Assembly: GCA_043228905.1 (NCBI GenBank)
Contig: JBHGNT010000004.1
Location: 1,860,001 to 1,924,000 of the forward strand
Direction: 5' to 3'
DNA from: Azolla caroliniana
Lineage: Eukaryota; Plantae; Polypodiophyta
Length of the DNA: 64,000 nt
The notes beneath the pieces are model-generated. The model was given only the letters and a program-made list of their open reading frames with translations. It made no database searches and was not told the DNA's origin. The position numbers were made by a program, and so were the translations under genes. Of this stretch, positions 31,901 to 52,516 are shown piece after piece. Position 1 is the stretch's first letter; each line of letters begins with the position of its first letter.

Positions 31901-32850
31901 TCAAGCCGGATATGGAACACACGCGATATGCGAGGAGGGACATGCACGGTGAGCAAAGGAAGAAAGACCGGATCGGCAAGGGTGTTCAGGAGGGCCGGTC
32001 GAAGAAGAAGGTGCGTGCGTCGGATGTGGTGGATCAGATGGAGCCGACAGTTCGGGGCCGGTAAGGAGCCGACAAGACGGATTGGCGCCAACAAGGAACC
32101 GGCGAGAAGGTCGGGTGCCGGTAAGGCGAAGGACCCGGTTGATCACCGTCGCCGAAATCTCTCACCCTTTTCCTTTCTTGGCACATACCAGTGGATGTGC
32201 AGTTTGGTGGGGGTGGATGTCGTGAAGATTTCCAGCTATAGTGTGAAACCGAGGTGGAATGGGCAAGTCGGCAATGTGCAACATGTGCACATGTATAGTA
32301 GTAAAATGGCGTATAGAATAAGGGGGAGAATTTGTCCCACATTCTAACGTCTCTCCCTCCTTGGACTATAAAAAGAAGGGAGGGGTCCCTTGTGAAGGGG
32401 TTGCCCATTTTGTGTCATAGGGGTATACCATTTTTGTGGAGGGACTTTCTTTTGTTAAGAGTTTCTAGGGTTAGTAACTTCTTCTTCTTCTTCTTGAGAA
32501 GTTGGGCGCGGTAGTCATGGCGGCGAAGCGTTGTTAGGGTTAGCTTCTTTTCTTTAGAGCGTAGCCCGGCTCGAAGCCGGGGTTGTATCTTTTCCCTTGT
32601 AATATATATATACTCATACTTGTTTGTGCATATTGGTGTACTTGGCGGTGTTGGGAGCATAGCCCCTTGTTTCCTGTGCATAAGAGTCGATGTCGCGCGC
32701 ATGCTCTCTCTCTTCTTTATCTCTCTCTCTCTCTCATGTTGGGTTGCCTCCGGGACGTGTCCAGAGTCGGTTTCTCGGCATCCCTTCCTCCCTAGTCCGA
32801 GACCCCCGTGGTCCCGCCCCTTCTACACGCACGCGCGTAATAACGCGACA
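28931..32850 (+). mobile_element. Non-autonomous Gypsy of the TGTCGTGAAG family (gag remnant plus repetitive interior, no pol seen)
   Basis: TSD ACGG/ACGG. The 5' LTR is cut after ~115 bp; a complete 3' LTR at 32218-32850 is preceded by G-rich ggtgggggtgga. Gag piece VLLFVRLIDRTERE...GLTEDWSKV is homologous to the gag at ~60300-60430. Confidence 0.88.
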
Positions 32851-33399
32851 ACGGTCATTTCTCATCTTGGATCCAATGATGCATTCCATATTGTGGGATT
32901 CAAAGGAACCACATGGTACCTTTCTTTGTCACAATAAGAGTAATATATATATATATATATATAGAAAGAAGGACAAACCATTGCACACACAAAACAAAAG
33001 GCATTGGTAGCAATAATGCCCAAAACAAGTTTATAACTAAGATGATATCAATATTATAATATTTTAACTTTGCAATAATACGGATACCTATCCTTGCCTC
33101 TTTTTTATGCTATAAAAAGTTGTCAAAAGTAAGAAAGAACCTCTAACTAAGTTCTGCATTTACAAGGATAGCCTTAAGCTTTCAAAATATTACTAGAAGG
33201 CCCCCATTTAGTTGCATTCAATTCAACTCCTTCATGAGCAAAGCTCTTTAAAAACTCTTCCATCATTGCAGTATAACACCTTTTGTTGTTCTCACCGAAA
33301 ACTATGTCTTACTCGAGTGTTCTTCTCGAGAATCACCTCGATGTCCATGTGCAAGAATGTACAATTAGCTACCCTTTTGTTAGTGAGATAAGTGAGAGG

Positions 33400-34833
33400 G
33401 TGTGTTAATCACTCTCAAGCTACTAATACAAAGGCAACTTTAAGAGGCAACAATGCAAGAAAATACCAATACGACTTAGATTTCCTTACTCTATGTTTAA
33501 GATAAGTACAAAATTAAAACAATTACAATGATGAGGTGTATAAGTTAGGATTAAGGAGAGAAAGAAAGAGAGGCTTAAGGTTTACCTCTTTGGATTGTAA
33601 TGAGGAAGAATGTCTACAAAATATTTATAGTTCCATCTTTATACTTCCTTTGTTTCAATAATATAAGACTTAGGCCCCTTTCACACTTGTAAGGGTATAA
33701 ATATAGTTGATAGATATTGTAACCGTTATACCCCATTACAATCTTAGTATGTTTGTCTATCTCTATTGCCCTACCTAGAAAAGTAGTTCAATCTTCAATG
33801 TGTCCATAGTTGTAGCATCAGAGGTGAGATGTATGACATATACTTAACATCACCCTTGACGTAATGTGTGCACAATTCCTAGGTGCACTAAGGAAGGCTT
33901 CACTATGGTTGTTGGTAGGGAAGAGGTATCAATTTAGGTGTTAGAAATAGGAAGTAGTGTAGGGGTGCAAGGAGCAGTAGATGGTGGCACCATGTGATGG
34001 CCATGGGGTGTAGGGAAGTAGATGTTCTCTTAGACAAACCCTAAATTCTAAATTGAATGGTCACTCTACTTTTGTTGTACTATGAGTTGTCTTAGGGGGT
34101 TGTTAGATTGGTTCCCCATGATTTGTGACCACCTTAGTGGGTGTCTACAAACTCGTCATTGAATCCTTGAACCGCATAACTATTGTGTATGCATGATTTA
34201 AGGTTTAGAAATGTTTACTAATGAGGAAGTTTTGTAGGGTCAGGTCACACAACGCATGGATGAACCAATTTATTTGTTTTTCGTTAGTCATCTTGTTATT
34301 GAAATCATATCCATGATGTCTGCTTTTACTCTGATATATGTATTTATAGACTATCCCTTTTGCCTCTTGCTTTATAGAAAAGAGTATCCTTTGAGATTCC
34401 ACTCCATTCCTCTTACTGCAAAGTTGGTCAAATTTTCTTTCGCCGCACCATGCCTACCTTCGACCTTCGACGCTTCCAACTATCTAACCACGCTAGTTGG
34501 AGCCTCACCTTTGACCTTAATCAACACCACATTAGGTGCCACTTGCTACCCATCCTACCCTCATCCTACCAAAGAGGCTTTGAGATGATGGAACCCTCTA
34601 CAATCATCACATAAACAATGAATGTCCACTTTGCTCTCCCCCCTCCAACATACAATGCCTCTAGTGCCCAATATTGCCCATTTGTTGACTAGGCATTTCT
34701 CCGTCATCATCCACCCACTCATCTCCCATTACCTCCCATCTAAATTACCTCCTTCAACAACATCTCCTCTCTCCCCAACTTTGATAAACTTGCCCCTCTC
34801 CTCTCTTCTACCACCTTCTCCCTCACAACCAAT
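33400..34833. repeat. Old degenerate repeat or retroelement remnant, continuing at 37391-37620
   Basis: 33680-33960 matches 52495-52516 joined to 56788-57040; 34615-34833 joined to 37391-37620 matches 50976-51400. These paralogues provide empty-site references for two insertions. Confidence 0.6.
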
Positions 34834-36811
34834 TGTTGTTGGGGTGGGGGGGTGAAACCTAGAATGGCTTCACCCCCCTCCCAAGGGGGTTAAGTTAGAG
34901 AGAGAGCAAGAGAGAAAGATAAATAGGCAATGACACCAAATGAGAGGGGAAAAAACTATATCTCATTACATGCCCCATAAAGGGTTTATATAATACATAA
35001 TGTAACGGTAAATAATATGTTCGTTACAAAATGAGACCGTTACATTCTTGTCACATGCACATAATTGTGCATGTGCTCACACATACTCATCCTCACACTC
35101 ATATACATTACACATACCGAACAACCCCTTTAACGTGTTTTACCCTTATACCGCCCCGTACAACTCCTACGGGTAACACATGGCACGCCTGTGGGACAGT
35201 GCATCGCACGGTGAACCCACTTCCCATGGCAACTATTAACGACCGGAACTCCATCGATCATCTCAATGGTCGGAAATCCATCGACCGGATCATAGCTCTA
35301 CAATCAATAACTTCAATCGGAGCATTGCTTGACTCGAACCTTCTCGTTGAATTGGATCACACACCAATTGGCTCCTCCATTATGGCATGGGCCTTTCATG
35401 ATTCTGTTACATGTATGTGTATTTTTCGGTTTCGTCATGTGAATTGAGCCTTGTATTTTGTACCCTTGGTCTCTAAAAATTTTACCCTCAAGTTTTTTTT
35501 CTTTTTCTTTTTTAATTTTTCTTTTTTAATTTTTCTTTTTTAAATTTTAGTTTTGGCCCTTGCGTTTTCGAAATTCTACATTCTGCCCTCCACTTTTTGA
35601 AATCTCACGTCATGCCCTTGAGCTTTTGAAATTTCATCTTCTCTCCCTTATGTTTCTGAAATTTTCTCTTCATATCCCTCTTCTCTTTCTTCGTTTCCTT
35701 CTGTCTCCTCTTTTTCTTCTTTCTTTTCTTCTTCTACGTTCTTCTCTTCTTCTATTTTCTGTTTTCATCTCTGTCTGTGTCTTCGTGGCCGTCACTCGGC
35801 CCTTCTCTCGGTCACACGTCTCGGTTGTACCTCTCTTGGCCGTACTCTTGGCCACGCATATTGGTCGTACTCTTGGCCACACTTCTGGGCCACGCATCTC
35901 GGTAGTGCGTCTCGGCTATTTTCTCGACCGTGCTCTCAGCCATGCTCGGCCATTCGTCGCCGCCACTCAGCCGTTGTTCGGGCAATTGCCATTGGTCGAC
36001 CACCACTCGGTTGCTGTCGGCCACTGTCCAGCAAATCCCCGCCGCCATTCGGCCGATGTTCTACAATCGCCTTTGTTCGATTGCTGCCACTCTGGCCGTT
36101 GTTCAACCATTCTGGCAAGTCTGACCGCTGCAAGTGCGGCCACTGTCCGACCATCTCCGCCACTGTCTCTGGCGGCATCGTCTGCAATATTCCTCTTCTT
36201 CCGGTCCTCTCTGTGGCCTGTCTCTGTTGTCATTCGCCGGTTGTCATTGTTCATCGGTCATCGTCGGAGGCGGTTGTCGACCAATGTCTCTGTTCGCCGT
36301 CGCTATCACCGTCAGCTTCTTCGCTGTTTGCTGGTCATTTCTGTCTGGCCGCCACTGTCTCTGTCGGCTGCTTGCCCACTGGCCCACTCTATATCAACCG
36401 GTCGTTCGGTTGTCTCCGTTGCCGCCGAATGGCTCTATCAGACGGACGTCGATTGTCCCCCCAGCACCACCCATCAACCTCTTCCTAGAAAGTATTGTGG
36501 CCACAGAAGATTCTTCTTGCCTTTGCATTGGTTGTTACCTCATCTGTTGATTATGAAGAGCGCCTTTAGGCTTCATTGCAATGCTCCTCTCACAAGATAC
36601 TGGCCTCTACTTCTTGTAATGATTCGCCAAGTAAGATGATTTGGTGCCTGATGTGGTGGTCGGGGATCTCCATTGCTGGTTGGCTCCCACACAGACAATA
36701 CACGCACAAAACCACACTCTTTTAACACAAAGATTGGCAGACACGGAGAGAGAGATTAGTGATGGAGAGGGAAAGTGAGAGAGGGGGAGTGTATCCTACA
36801 ACAGAATGACA

Positions 36812-36862
<51 letters not shown>

Positions 36863-37390
36863 TTCCTCTCAATCACACGTTGTTACCATGGCTAGTTGTT
36901 TTGGACTTTCCCGCATCAGCCATGGCCAAAAGCAACATCTCTTATATGTATCTTCTCCTTCCCCATGACCGCAAATACCAAGAAATAGTAGAACAAGGCA
37001 GATGGAGAGAGAGAGAGACACACACACATATTCAGATCAGAAATGCAGAGACGCAATGAGGGAGGGAGTGACTTCCTCTCAAAGGAGGGTTGTCCGTTCG
37101 GGTGTGCCAAAGAGAGAGAAAGAGAGAAAGATAAATAGGAAATGACACCAAATGAGAGGGGAAAAAACTATATCTCATTACATGCCCCATAAGGGGTTTA
37201 TATAATACATCATGTAACGGTAAATAATATGTCCGTTACAAAATGAGACCGTTACATTCTTGTCACATGCACATAATTGTACATGTGCTCACACATACTC
37301 ATCTTCACACTCATATACATTACACATACTGAACAACCCCTTTAACGTGTTTTAGCCTTATACCGCCCCGTACAACTCCTACGGGTAACA
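34834..37390 (-). mobile_element. Non-autonomous LTR retroelement (TRIM/LARD-like) with inverted tRNA-Arg sites at both inner LTR borders
   Basis: TG...CA ends, TSD CCAAT/CCAAT, empty site at ~51185. LTRs 34834-35178 and ~37111-37390 (the latter lacks the first ~63 bp). tggcacgcctgtgggac at 35181-35197 and gtccgttcgggtgtgcca at 37092-37109. No gag/pol motifs. Strand inferred from the minus-strand TATATAAA in the LTR. Confidence 0.85.
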
Positions 37391-37699
37391 CCAATGGTGC
37401 AACATGATGCACATAAGAGTGTGCACTCATTAGTTTGGGCGGATGTTAAGTACCAAGTACAATAGTACATACTGAAACCCGTGAAGACATTGACATCGGC
37501 ATTAGCACTAAAGTCTAAGTGCCACAACAAGAAAAAAGCGGAATAGAACAAAATTGGCTCTAGAACATTACGCCTAATGCTTGCCCCAATGTGAAATGAG
37601 ACAACATTTCTGTAAATAAGCTTGATATCAATAACTCTCCCACATAGAATTTGGTTAGTAAGTTAGCCCGTTCTTTCTATGAATTCATGTAGGCATGTG

Positions 37700-38191
37700 T
37701 AATTGCTTACATGAAGAACGATCACAGAGGCAATGAATAGAAGGACAAGATGGAATGAGACGCAATTGTGAAGAAAGATTATTGCTAGGTACAAACAATT
37801 TGTATAGTGAAGCTGAAGATTGATTATGAATCAAATGGAGAATAAGTGAGGATTAACTGGAAAATGATTGGAGGGTTTGTCTGAAGAATGATTCTACGTA
37901 TCAAACAAATAAAGGATACTTAGGGATCAATCCAATTGTTTACAAACAATGTTAGCATCCAAAAACTTGTATTACCTTCATTGTTCCAAATATGGGGAAA
38001 GCATTGGAAATGTTTAACCTAATCTCCGAAGTCTTTCTGTAGATTAAACTTTTGACTAAAATCAAAATCCCTTGAATGTTTCTTATGTGGCCACACAATT
38101 GAGAATATGTCGATCCTAAGCATAAACTCATTATAAGAATGTCAACAACTAAATCAAAATATACGCAAACATATATTGGTATGATCTTCAT
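37700..38191 (-). pseudogene. Orphan 5' fragment (exon 1 and part of intron 1) of a third LRR-RLK copy
   Basis: MKIIPIYVC start resembles MTKIIPIHVC and MKITPNYVC; donor aacaatgaag|gtaat as in copy 2; 37710-37930 matches intron 1 of both genes. Exon length 216 nt gives phase 0 instead of phase 1, and no exon 2 follows. Confidence 0.75.
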
Positions 38192-38409
38192 GATGTGGTG
38201 ATCATGGGGTTTCAACATGACGCAGGGTTTTGGTTTGATAAGAAATGGTTCAATTATCTTGATTGAAGCTAATAATGATTAGGTAGTTGTGCAGAGGAAG
38301 CAATGAACTATGCCAGATTTGTTCCCTCGCACAACGACCACAAGATTTATAAATACAAAGACATCATGGTCACCTCCAGCCTTTAAATACACAGAGTAGG
38401 ACTTTATAT

Positions 38410-38980
38410 TGTTAAATGACTTGAATTATTTTTTGTGGTTCATGAAAAGCCACGTCTCTCAACTACATGAAGTATATATAAAGGTCCATGCAAAAGTTAG
38501 TGTAGTGAGGGCTATATATATAGAGGTCCATGCATGCATCATTATCATGCAAAAGTTAGTAAAGTGAGGGCTATATATATAGAGGTTCATGCATGCATCA
38601 TTATCATGCAAAAGTTAGTGAAGTGAGGGCTATAAATATAGGCAGCCTTAGTCATTTGATAAGAGACCACCAAGAGTTGTAGGCTTGTGAGATTTGAGAG
38701 AATTAGAGAGTTGGGAACACCATTTTAGAGAGAATTCTTTAGAGAGAATTGTGAGGTTATTCTCTTGGGTGTTGGGTTTAATTAGAGAACAATTTCTCTA
38801 ATTGTTGTAAACTCTCTCTTACATTTTCTTATAGTGGAATCACTCTCCTTTCCGTGGACATAGGCTAATTTAGCCGAACCACGTAAATACTCGTGTCATT
38901 TATTTCTCCGCTCCTATATTATCATATTATTGTCTTCTATTTAATCTAATGTACTATTTGATCCGAGTGTCACCCTAACA
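38410..38980 (+). mobile_element. Copia-type solo LTR with internal 59-bp tandem repeats
   Basis: TGTTA...TAACA, flanks TATAT/TATAC, motif gtggacataggc...gccgaaccacgtaaat typical of Copia LTR U5; repeats at 38470-38640. Confidence 0.8.
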
Positions 38981-39912
38981 TATACAAAGACATCCTAACG
39001 TTATATTAATTATTCAAACATCTAAAAAGTGTTGACATCTATTTTATCTGGGATAAATTGATAATGCACAAAGTATTCAAATGTACTCAAATGTACATCT
39101 GGCAAGTACATTTGAATCAAGCTTTGTGTGACCACTTCCATCAAGGCCTCCGAAGTGAGATCAACAATCTTTTGTTAAACTTTTTGGAGCCCATATCCTT
39201 CTCATAAGCAATTTGGCAAGCTGTTTATTGAGGCAATTAACTTTTTGACCTTCACAAAGAAGGGCGCAAGACACAAGGGTCTCTTTCTTTCCAACGATAT
39301 GAAATATCTTTGTTAGCCTCACTTGCTTCGTCGAATTCACCATTTTTTGAGGTAACCAATAACCACGACCCCATGGAGACAAAGGTGTTGTGTAGAGTCA
39401 TATGTCACAACAACTTGTACCTTGTATGGTGACAATGGTGTGGAGACAACGGGTCGACTTAAGCAAGGGTAAAGAGCCAAGATGGTAAGAGTTTTAGTTT
39501 AATCCTAACAGTTAGGCCAAATCATGAGTGTAACAGGGCCTCCCTTAGAGGTGAAAGCCTCAAGCCTGGAGTATTTTTAATGCAGGCGGTGCACACACAA
39601 TTAACACTCATTCTTTATTAGTTTACATGCATAAGCATAAATAAATATGTGTATATATGTGGTATATACCAATCTATACATGCACAAATATGAATGTGAA
39701 TGTATATTGCATACAATATACATGATGCATGCATGCGTACATACACAATGCATGCATGTCCATTGAAATCAACATGGTTCCACTCCCAAACCATATATAC
39801 TTATTTTGATCTCTTGCGGGTTGTTTGCGGTTTGAATATGAATGTATGGAGTATATATATATACACATCATGCAGGAACCCATGCATTTTTCTTCATACA
39901 GATTCATTGAAA

Positions 39913-47658
<7,746 letters not shown>

Positions 47659-48232
47659 AATGTGGTGATAGCTTTCAACTTGAGGTTTTGGGTTTTGGGC
47701 CTCAGATTCAGCTACAAAAGCTCTTAATCTCATCATTATGAATTGACACAAGACACTGAAGCATATGATACAAGAAAATCTGTTTTAGCTACAAGAAAAT
47801 ATGTAAAGTAAAATTGATGATCTCTCTGTTCTCTCTGTCGAGACAGAGAGTTGATGATGAGCTGGAAAAAATGCACATTAAAAAAACAAGTCAAAAATAG
47901 TGGACAGAGACAGGAATGCTTTTTTATTATAAACATTAGAAGGCGTAATCTATGTATGAATATATAGGTTAATAATTGTTGATGCGTTATGTGTTCATAG
48001 TTTGGAGTGTCTATAAGATGATATATAGACTTATCTTTGTGGTCAATGTATGTATAAGCACATGGGGTGCACGGCAGGAATTTGATGGGTGTCATGCCCA
48101 TCAAAGGCCCATTTTGCCCATCAAAAACACACACCCAATAAAAATGTCCGTCAAGTGACATATAAACTTACAATTTTCATTTTCCATGTCATATATATAT
48201 TTATTTTCCATGCTAAAAATTTATTTTCCATG

Positions 48233-48267
<35 letters not shown>

Positions 48268-48949
48268 TGACATTGTATAATGTCATGACTCATAATACAT
48301 ATTATATATAGTATATTTAATATTGTAATATGTACTATGTATATTGTAGATTGTAGTATATGTACATACATGATACTACAAAGACATATACTATTATAAT
48401 GTACATTGTAGTATGTACATTTTATAATAGTATAACTGTATATGTATTATGTATAATGTGAGTCGTGAGTCGTGACTAATAACTATGCTTTCAATGTTTC
48501 ATTTCTAAATTCCCGAATCCCCCCTCTTTCTCTTTTCTTGCTTTCCTTCTTCCTGCTCCTTCTCGCTTCCTACTCCCTGTTCCTTGGTCGTTGCCCATTG
48601 CTCCCAGCACGCTCACTACACGTTGCTCCCTCTCGCTTCTCGGTGATTATACATCTGCTATTTGCCACCACTCTGAGGTATGTATTTGTCTCTCTTTTTT
48701 CTATTTCTCTCTATTTTCTCGCTCGAATGCATTCCTCACTTATTTGACTCAGGTTCAATCCCCACTTATTTGAGGGGTGGCCATAGTCATGGGGGTCATC
48801 ATGGGCGGCAATAATATGACAAATCAATCTATTTGTCTCTCCTCCTGCCCTCCCCTTTTCTTGTCTTAACAAACGGTGAGAGATCACAAATTATTACAAG
48901 AAACTAATCTCATGTTTGGACGTATTTTATGCTTGGGCATTTGCCAGCC

Positions 48950-50975
48950 CCCCCCCCCCCCCCCCCCCCAATAATTCTCTTAATATCGAGTATAAATGCA
49001 AGTGAATTCTCGTCAAATTCCTTCCTTTCGGAGATACACCGTGAAATCGTCCGAGAAGTACTCCTTGCCGCCATCTGATCGAAGGCATCGTACATGTCGG
49101 CCCGTGGCTTTCTCGACTTTATTCTGGAATTTTTGGAAGTGTCTGAACACTTTGCTCTTTTGCCGCATCGAGTAGATCCAAGTGCGCCTAGAGAATTCGT
49201 CGATGAAGAGCACGTAATATCGGCATCCGCCGAATGTAGCCGTCTACGCTGGTCCCCATACATCGAAATGGACTACGTCGAGTAGACCTTTGCTCACGTT
49301 CCGCTCTTTTGGGAATGGGTGTCGGTGTTGCTTGCCGAATTGGCATGCTTCGCATACACCCTCAATCTGGAGAGATTGAGGGCACTAGTCGAGGTAGAGG
49401 CCGACATAGAGTTTGCTCTATGTTTCATCATGAACATTTCACCACGGTCGGAGTTGTGTGCATGCATTCCGCCACGATCTTCGTAGTCGGAGTTGTGCCG
49501 GTACATTCCGCTATACTCTTCGTAGTCGGAATTGTGCGCGTAATTCGTGAGTTGTTGGCTTGTAGAAGCCGCTGATTCACGCATCTTCTTTCGGCACTCT
49601 TTTTCGTGGTGGCCGAGTTTTCCGCAATATCCGCATTCGGTTGCGTTTTGACAGCTCGGGCCAGAGTGGAAGCTCCCCCTTCTTGCGAAGTTTCCTCGTT
49701 GGCTTCCATTTTGCGGCCGAAATTGGGAGTTGTTGTCGTAGGTTGGACCTCGTCCGCCTTGTCCTTGGCCGAATCGGCCTCTCGCTCGTCTACGTCCTCT
49801 TCCTCCGTTCGAGTGCATGTAGAGCATGTGGCCTTCCGACTCATTGCTCCTTGTACACACGTGGTTTTCTTTGACCAATAGCATTGATTGGAGCTCGAAG
49901 AAGGAGGGAGATTTCTTCCTTGCTAGAACGGCGGTTCGCATTGCGCCGAACCGTGGTGCGAGGCCACTAAGGCATATTTGCACCATCTTATCATCATCGA
50001 TACTTACGCTTATCGAGCCGAGCGAGTCACAAAGCTCCTTGATCTTCGAGGTGTATGTCATGATGGACATGTCCCTTTGTTGAATGTTGTTCAACTCTTG
50101 GCGGAGTTGAAGCCTTCTTGCGGTTGTGTTCGCTGCGAAAATCTTTCGTAGATTTTCCCATGCCTCCTTCGGCGTCTTGGCTTCGCGAATGTAGCCGAGC
50201 ATGTGATCGTGAACACATGTCGCCAAGCAATACATCACGCGGCTTGCGGCTTGCTCCCATGTCGCGTATCCTAGAGCCGCTTCAGCGGGTCGGTCTTCAT
50301 GCTCTCCTTTGATGTAGCTCCAATAGCCTTGTCCGACAAGGTATTGGTGCATCTTGTACTCCCAAGATGCGAAGTTGTTTCGATCCAACTTCTCGGTAGG
50401 GAGAGCGCTCCCAATTTGAGTATTCATTATGTCAATTCTTCTTCTTCTTCTTCTCTCTTCGAATGCGAGCTATGTAGCAAAGCTACGATAGCGATGAGCC
50501 GGTTCTTCTTGAACATCGGCGTAGAACTCAACACACGCGGATGGGCTAGATGGAGCTACCAAACCGCTTTGATACCATGTAAAGAATCAGGTATGATTAT
50601 TGCGTAGCGGAATAGGTATGAAGTGTGTGTATATGAGAGAGAGAGAGTGTGTGTGTGTGAGTGAGAGAGACAAAGAGTAAGACATAGAGTATACGCAAGG
50701 TAAATTATATTAATGAAGGAGAAAGACTCAACATTATACAAGGTGGGAGGAGGGTGCTTTATATAGTCACCCTCTCTCTTCATTAACTACAAGACTCATG
50801 GAGCATGGGGAATGTGAAAGCTCATAAGTTATGTGTCATAGAATATGATTCTATGACTCATACTAAATGCTAGAATGCAAAGTGGTGACATAATGGTGAC
50901 TCCTGACTGTTGGAGTGTCTATTCACTCTCAAGGTGAGTTCACACACTAGACCAAGTTGAGCTTGATTCTCAACA
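48950..50975 (-). mobile_element. Internally deleted, truncated Ty1/Copia element
   Basis: LTR 50579-50975 (TGTTGAG...TTACA on minus), tRNA-iMet PBS at 50567-50578, gag ORF 50427-49294 with CGYCGKLGHHEKEC knuckle, joined directly to an integrase fragment (FIDEFSRRTW, LRSDGGKEY) at 49213-49013. Confidence 0.88.
49294..50427 (-). CDS. Copia Gag (UBN2-type) with zinc knuckle
   Basis: 377-aa ORF: KLDRNNFASWEYKM, WENLRKIFA, CCHC knuckle. Confidence 0.8.
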   Translation of the reverse strand: MNTQIGSALPTEKLDRNNFASWEYKMHQYLVGQGYWSYIKGEHEDRPAEAALGYATWEQAASRVMYCLATCVHDHMLGYIREAKTPKEAWENLRKIFAANTTARRLQLRQELNNIQQRDMSIMTYTSKIKELCDSLGSISVSIDDDKMVQICLSGLAPRFGAMRTAVLARKKSPSFFELQSMLLVKENHVCTRSNESEGHMLYMHSNGGRGRRRARGRFGQGQGGRGPTYDNNSQFRPQNGSQRGNFARRGSFHSGPSCQNATECGYCGKLGHHEKECRKKMRESAASTSQQLTNYAHNSDYEEYSGMYRHNSDYEDRGGMHAHNSDRGEMFMMKHRANSMSASTSTSALNLSRLRVYAKHANSASNTDTHSQKSGT

Positions 50976-52516
50976 CAATGAATGCCCACTTCGCTCTCCC
51001 CCCTCAAGATACAATGCCTCTAGTGCCCAATATTGCCCATTTGCTAACTTGGCATTGCTCCTTCATCATCCACCCATCCACCCCCTTTAACTCCCATCGA
51101 AATTACCTCCTTAACAACTTCTCCTTTCTCCCCTACCTTGATAATCTTACCCCTCACCTTTCTTCTAACACCTTGTCCCTCACAACCAATGGTGGAGCAC
51201 AAACCTAAGAGTGTGCACTCATTAGTTTGGGGGGACATTAAGTACCAAGTATATATTCAAACCCGTGAAGTCATTGACATTAGCATTAGTACTAAAGATT
51301 CAATACCAAAACAAGATAAGGGGAATAGAACAAAATTGGCAGCTAGAACTTTACACCTAATGCTTGCCCCAATGAGAAAGGAGACAACCTCTCTATAAAT
51401 AAACTATAAAAGTCACTTTTGTGCCTCTTTTAGCATCCAATATTTACTCTCAAGCTAGAGTTCTCTCCATCTCTCTTGCCTTTATATACTAGCTATGAGT
51501 TTAGATATTAGGGTTAAGTGCTACTTAGCCAAACCCTTATCACTTTTCCTATTGTATGTGTTATGCATGCTTATACTTATTGAAGTGTAGTTATTTCTTA
51601 TATGTGTAATCCCTTTTCTTGTGTTTTTACCATATGCACTTACACTTATTGAACTCTGGTTATTTTTTTATGTGTGTAATGATTCCCTTTTCTTGTGGTT
51701 AATACCATATGTGCTTAACACTCATGCCTAGGAATTAGTGAACTTCTTAGTGAGGTTAGCATTGCGAAGTGAGGTTGTGGGCAAGAGTTCACTACATTAG
51801 GGTAAGTGAGCTTAGAGGCTCAAGAGTGATTAACAACTCTCTCCCATCAATAGGGTATACAATAGTCCACACCCTTGGGCAATAATACTAACATAGAGGC
51901 AAAACTCCACCAATACAAATATGCATGCTTGGTGCAAACACCTTGAGCAAACACAAATTTTTATTTTCTCATTTCTCCTTCTAGCAACAACCTATTGTAA
52001 ACTTGCCATTTATTTACTTTTCTTCTTTAGCACATGCTACATCAAACAATGGTTTTGAAAGTTCTACAACAATTTATAGAACAATAAAAATAAATTACAA
52101 TTTGAGTACTAAATATCCTTAGGCTCTCAAAATAATTTTGGGTATTTGCTAGAATACCCTTATGTTCTCAAAAACAAATACAAGAATACCACATAAGGGG
52201 CATCTTGGTAATGTTTTTGAAAAACCTCGGATATATCAAGTAAATATGCAAAATATTTGGCATATTTCATAAACTTTTTTGCTGGTGCTTTACAAGGTCT
52301 AGATGGAGACAAATTAAAATATGGATTGATGGGAATCAAACGAACTTAATAAAGTTACCTCTACACATGCTTTGAGCACCCACTAGGCGTGCATTGCATA
52401 TTGTGGTTTATCACAATAACAACATAACCTTTACAAAATATTTATAATTTCACCTTTATACTTTCTTTTTTTCCAATAATATAACATTTATGCCCATTTC
52501 ACACTTGTGAGGGTAG

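Noticed and set aside
35560-36639. 359-aa plus-strand ORF and overlapping ORFs
   Set aside because: Low-complexity CT- and GC-rich interior of a non-autonomous LTR element; open in several frames with no domain motifs.
48240-48490. AT-rich segment ending gtcgtgactaataactatg, possible hAT/MITE end
   Set aside because: No matching opposite terminus or TSD could be identified.
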